DNA of 63,295 nt, filler included, from Sphacelaria rigidula (lineage: Eukaryota), in assembly GCA_964200075.2 (NCBI GenBank). It is 4 parts of 4 records of this genome, joined end to end, with 100 filler letters (N's around TTAATTAATTAA, not from the genome) between each part and the next. Parts side by side here need not be neighbours in the genome. Positions count along the whole stretch, not along the records: positions 47,548 to 63,295 come from CAXNAA020001613.1; 3 more parts are not named here. One strand, written 5' to 3'. Every line of letters begins with the position of its first letter. The stretch's first letter is position 1. Below, in pieces: positions 59,971-63,295 of the stretch. A program made the position numbers and the translations under genes. The notes beneath the pieces were generated by a model. It saw only the letters and a list, made by a program, of their open reading frames with translations. It ran no database searches and was not told the origin of the DNA.

Positions 59971-60614
59971 GTGCCCCTCCCCCCCCCCTCGCCCCTCGTT
60001 TGCCCCCATCAAACTCGCGGAACTTTCAGCATTTAAGCAGCCGAATACTCTCAGCAAATAGTATGAGCGGTTGAATGGTCAAGAGGTTACTGGTGCGGAA
60101 TCGTTGTTGTCGCAGAAATCCTGTTGATTCATCAGGCGGAAGTGAAGCGCGACCACTGATACAGACGACAACAACACCAAGGGGTGCAATACTGTAGGGT
60201 TCGAAAAATGACGATTACAGCTGAGTCGTGTCAGGGGAAAGTTGGTGAGAACATATCTTCATTTACCGACTGCATATTTCTCGGATGTGACTGTCAAGGA
60301 GGTCATCGTCCCGCACTCCGATATGCTGAGGTCCTCTGAGACCAGAAATCGTATACGTGCTTCGAAAATCGGAGATATCGTCGGGGTGACTAGTCAAATA
60401 TTCGAAGCACACTTACGCTTTCCAGTGTCGGTTGTCATCAGTACATTGGGGTTCGGAAAGATGATCCTCACTTTGCAGCTATATGCGCGACATAGGGGAC
60501 TGGCAAGTGGTCATGTTCTTGAACAAATACTTGAGTACGCTTTGCTGGATGCTTTGCAGGGAATGGAGTATCCGAATCCTAATCGACCGTCACCTGCGCC
60601 CGTCTTCTGCATAG

Positions 60615-61204
60615 GTGGCTCAATGAAGACCTTTCACTGAAGCAAAGAGTGCTGAACGTGGAGCATGACTTCAGCAATGGGTATCTTCTCGGCGAAATCT
60701 TGTACATGCACAATCACCAGCAGAACTTCCATTGTTTCAGGGTAAGGACTGCTGCTGGGATCCGTAAACACAGTTTGAGCTTCGTTGTCGGCGTTAGAAG
60801 CGCATCGACACCTACGGTGGTACGTCGGAAGGACTGGACGAACCATATTGCCAAACGCACAATCCTTACTGCTTGCTGGCGATTGCGTTGTTGCAGTCGA
60901 GGTCACGTAGATAGATGCGCACAAGTGCACATAGGTTGTGTATAACTGCTTTCCCTCCTCAAGAATGAGTAATCGTGCTTCTCCATTTCGCCAATAATGT
61001 TGTACTGAGCATGCCACGAAACTTTGTTGGATGCTGTATCTTGTGCGAACGGAACGGCAGCAATCTTCGACATCGGAGTCTAAGGTGGACAACTTCATAT
61101 TATTGGAGCCCTCTCTTCGGCTCCTAGGGGTCAACTTCGATGCTCAAGTGGCATGCAACGTCATGCACGAGAAGCCGGGGGCTGCGAGTAAGCTATTATA
61201 CCAG
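60615..61204 (+). CDS. SPEF2: Sperm flagellar protein 2 / CPC1 (central-pair protein), N-terminal CH-like domain, partial; exons 60615-60741, 61061-61204
   Basis: WLNEDLSLKQRVLNVEHDFSNGYLLGEIL...|QSSTSESKVDNFILLEPSLRLLGVNFDAQVACNVMHEKPGAASKLLYQ matches the SPEF2 N-terminus; canonical splice sites. The short first exon was not located. Confidence 0.88.
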
Positions 61205-61352
61205 GTATGTCGCCGAACGCATTAATTCCCACAGCACAGCGATGGTTACACCGAAGATTACTCACTGCATGTTAATGTCAAAGTTGTAAACTGTGACGAA
61301 ACCACGCCGTCTCCTTGAGTATATAGTGGTGATTGGATGATGACTTGGGATC

Positions 61353-63295
61353 TGTAGTGATGATATGGATGATTACATGGGCACAGGGGTGATACCCAGA
61401 TGTGGTTTGCGGAGCCGCCTGGGAGTCACTCCGGGAAAATAAAAGGGATTGTGAAGGCTAACAACTGAGACCTGAGGCCAGTGGAACTGGGGAGTCCCTC
61501 AACAGCATTAGACGCTGCAGTACTAGCAACCTGCTGGTGTCACAACATCGATATTAGTGCTAGTCGTGCTAGTAGTGCTATCGTTGGTGACTGCTGGAAA
61601 TTTTCCAGTAGAGAGGAGTCTGGACAGCTTCGGACATATTGCTTCACGGACGCGTGAGGAGGGTTCAAGCTGAGGTAGCTCCAAAGGTGGCTGGCTCGTG
61701 ATTGATCCAGACTGGAGACTTGCTGGAGCTGCGTGCAGCGGGAGTTTATAGGACCCCACGGCTGTGTGGTGCGGCGACGAAGGTAGATGTGAAATGTGGA
61801 GTTTCGAGAAGGTTCAGAAGCTTTCGATTAGGTCCGCTCGGGAATGTCGACTACAGAGGTACCGGCAATAGAGCCAGCGGAGACGACTGTAACCCCAGTT
61901 GTTCGAAGAGAAGAGTTGCGGCCGCCCAGTTACGGGAATTCGTATTCTGAGTGTGCTTCTCGTTCGTTTTATACGAAATACGTGGAATACAAGAAGCGGG
62001 TGGAGCATGCGAATGCGGGGGGTGCGGTAAGGCATCAGGTGGTTTCCATGGCGCAACTCGTGCCTACCCCCCTCCAACGCGTCTTCGCGAGAAGATGCCA
62101 TGAGAAGCATACAATAACGCCGCTGATATTGGCAGCAGCGATCAAGAAACATGCAGGGCATGCGGCGGGCGCTGCGGTAGAGCTATCACAGGCGTCCGCG
62201 GCCGTGGCGAAGGCTGTCGCAATGAACCACAAGGGGAGGACCATGCGTGAGAGGGTGGAGCCCATAATTGGAAAGTTGGAGACACATTTCTCGGAAAATC
62301 CCAAGGTCGAGATGGTTTATCGTTCCTCCGGTGGGAAATTCCGTCCAGGGCCCGCTGCGACGATCACGAAAGCGGTGGTGGAGGGTCTGGCACCGGGGGA
62401 ATTCAAACAGGCCGCGCTTGTGCAATTACAGCACGAAACCAATTGGAAGGCAGACCCGTATCTAGTTATCGATACTCTGGTCGCTGAGGCTCAGGCATGG
62501 CAGAAGATTGAAGTATTCGGAAAATCATCCACTTCGTCGCCGCAGTCTTCGAGCTCGCGTAACCGTGGATCACAATCCGCAGGCGATGCCGCCGCCAACA
62601 TTACTTACTTTCAGTGTGGCCAGGTAGGCCGCTACGCACGGAAGTGCCCGACGCCTTCCGAGGAGGAGTCTGGGCAGACGAGTGCCACGCGCCCTCGCAA
62701 TCACAAAAGAGGGAAAAGTAATCAGGGTGGTGGCGGAGGCGGATCCCCCAGCGGTGGAGGTGTATAGTCGAGTTCCCAGCAGCGGCAGCAGCAGGGGCAG
62801 CGGCGTCAGCAGGGGTCCGGTTCTGGGTCCGGCTCAGCCGCAGGGGCTGCTGCTGCGCAACGCGCGGTGCAGGTGGGACCGACCACTCTTGTGTCGGGCT
62901 CGGTGCCGGCGCCGCCGGCAGCAGAGCAAGGCGAGACGCCTGCTGCTGAGCCGGGCGGATTTCAGCTGAAATTTGGATCCGCTACTGCGTCGGCCGGAGT
63001 ACCGCTGCAATTTGGTTCTGCGGGCGGAGCTTCGTACCCGCCGGCGGTGCCGGTGACCCCAGCGGGGGCGTCTATGCCTGCGCCGCACGCGCAGCCGTGG
63101 CGCCAAGTGGGAATCACGACAAATCAGTCGGCGGAGCAGGTGCCGCTCGAGGATCAAGAAAATTGTTTTCCTGCAGAGTTATATCTCCCCAATCATCGGG
63201 CGCGGGGAGCCATATCGGTCAACGAGCAATGCTACGGTAGGGGTGCACTTTTTTCGCGAAAATTTGTCTGGTTCAGGGGCTCCTAACGATTTTAG
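61353..63295 (+). mobile_element. Second Ty3/Gypsy LTR element (5' part) inside a SPEF2 intron
   Basis: TGTAG-initiated LTR-like block to ~61607, then GTAGAGAGGAG (similar to the PBS of the 8585 element), a gag ORF, and QPWRQV...CFPAELYLP, which is homologous to the pre-protease region at 10220. Confidence 0.8.
61844..62767 (+). CDS. Gypsy Gag-like protein (307 aa) with a degenerate zinc knuckle
   Basis: YFQCGQVGRYARKCP; similarity to the gag remnant at 9033-9750. Confidence 0.75.
   Translation: MSTTEVPAIEPAETTVTPVVRREELRPPSYGNSYSECASRSFYTKYVEYKKRVEHANAGGAVRHQVVSMAQLVPTPLQRVFARRCHEKHTITPLILAAAIKKHAGHAAGAAVELSQASAAVAKAVAMNHKGRTMRERVEPIIGKLETHFSENPKVEMVYRSSGGKFRPGPAATITKAVVEGLAPGEFKQAALVQLQHETNWKADPYLVIDTLVAEAQAWQKIEVFGKSSTSSPQSSSSRNRGSQSAGDAAANITYFQCGQVGRYARKCPTPSEEESGQTSATRPRNHKRGKSNQGGGGGGSPSGGGV

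Overview
The window is not one contiguous locus. It is four ~15.75 kb pieces (1-15750, 15851-31599, 31700-47447, 47548-63295) joined by identical artificial 100-nt linkers (N44-TTAATTAATTAA-N44), so adjacency across the linkers is not evidence of linkage. Pieces 1, 3 and 4 look like intron-rich eukaryotic nuclear DNA, most likely a brown alga (inference from gene content, intron style and shared repeats). They hold the 3' part of a SLAC1/SLAH (TDT-family) anion-channel gene, a decayed Ty3/Gypsy chromovirus with both LTRs, a Stowaway-like MITE, a long fold-back, LINE remnants, a 9-exon gene of unknown function, the 5' 16 exons of a Kelch/IPT/filamin-type outer-arm dynein heavy chain, SPEF2/CPC1 exons and a second Gypsy element. 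Piece 2 is intron-less, gene-dense giant-virus DNA (Nucleocytoviricota, phaeovirus-like). It encodes PCNA, an oligoribonuclease, an AN1 zinc finger, two U-box-like proteins, a thaumatin-like protein and several hypothetical proteins. Its most notable genes are a class I hyaluronan-synthase-like GT2 gene (C-terminally truncated) and a BAF-like helix-hairpin-helix protein. Several viral genes carry frameshifts, a nonsense codon or a truncation, consistent with a decaying endogenous viral element or with assembly indels. All homology calls come from motif recognition by eye; no searches were run.
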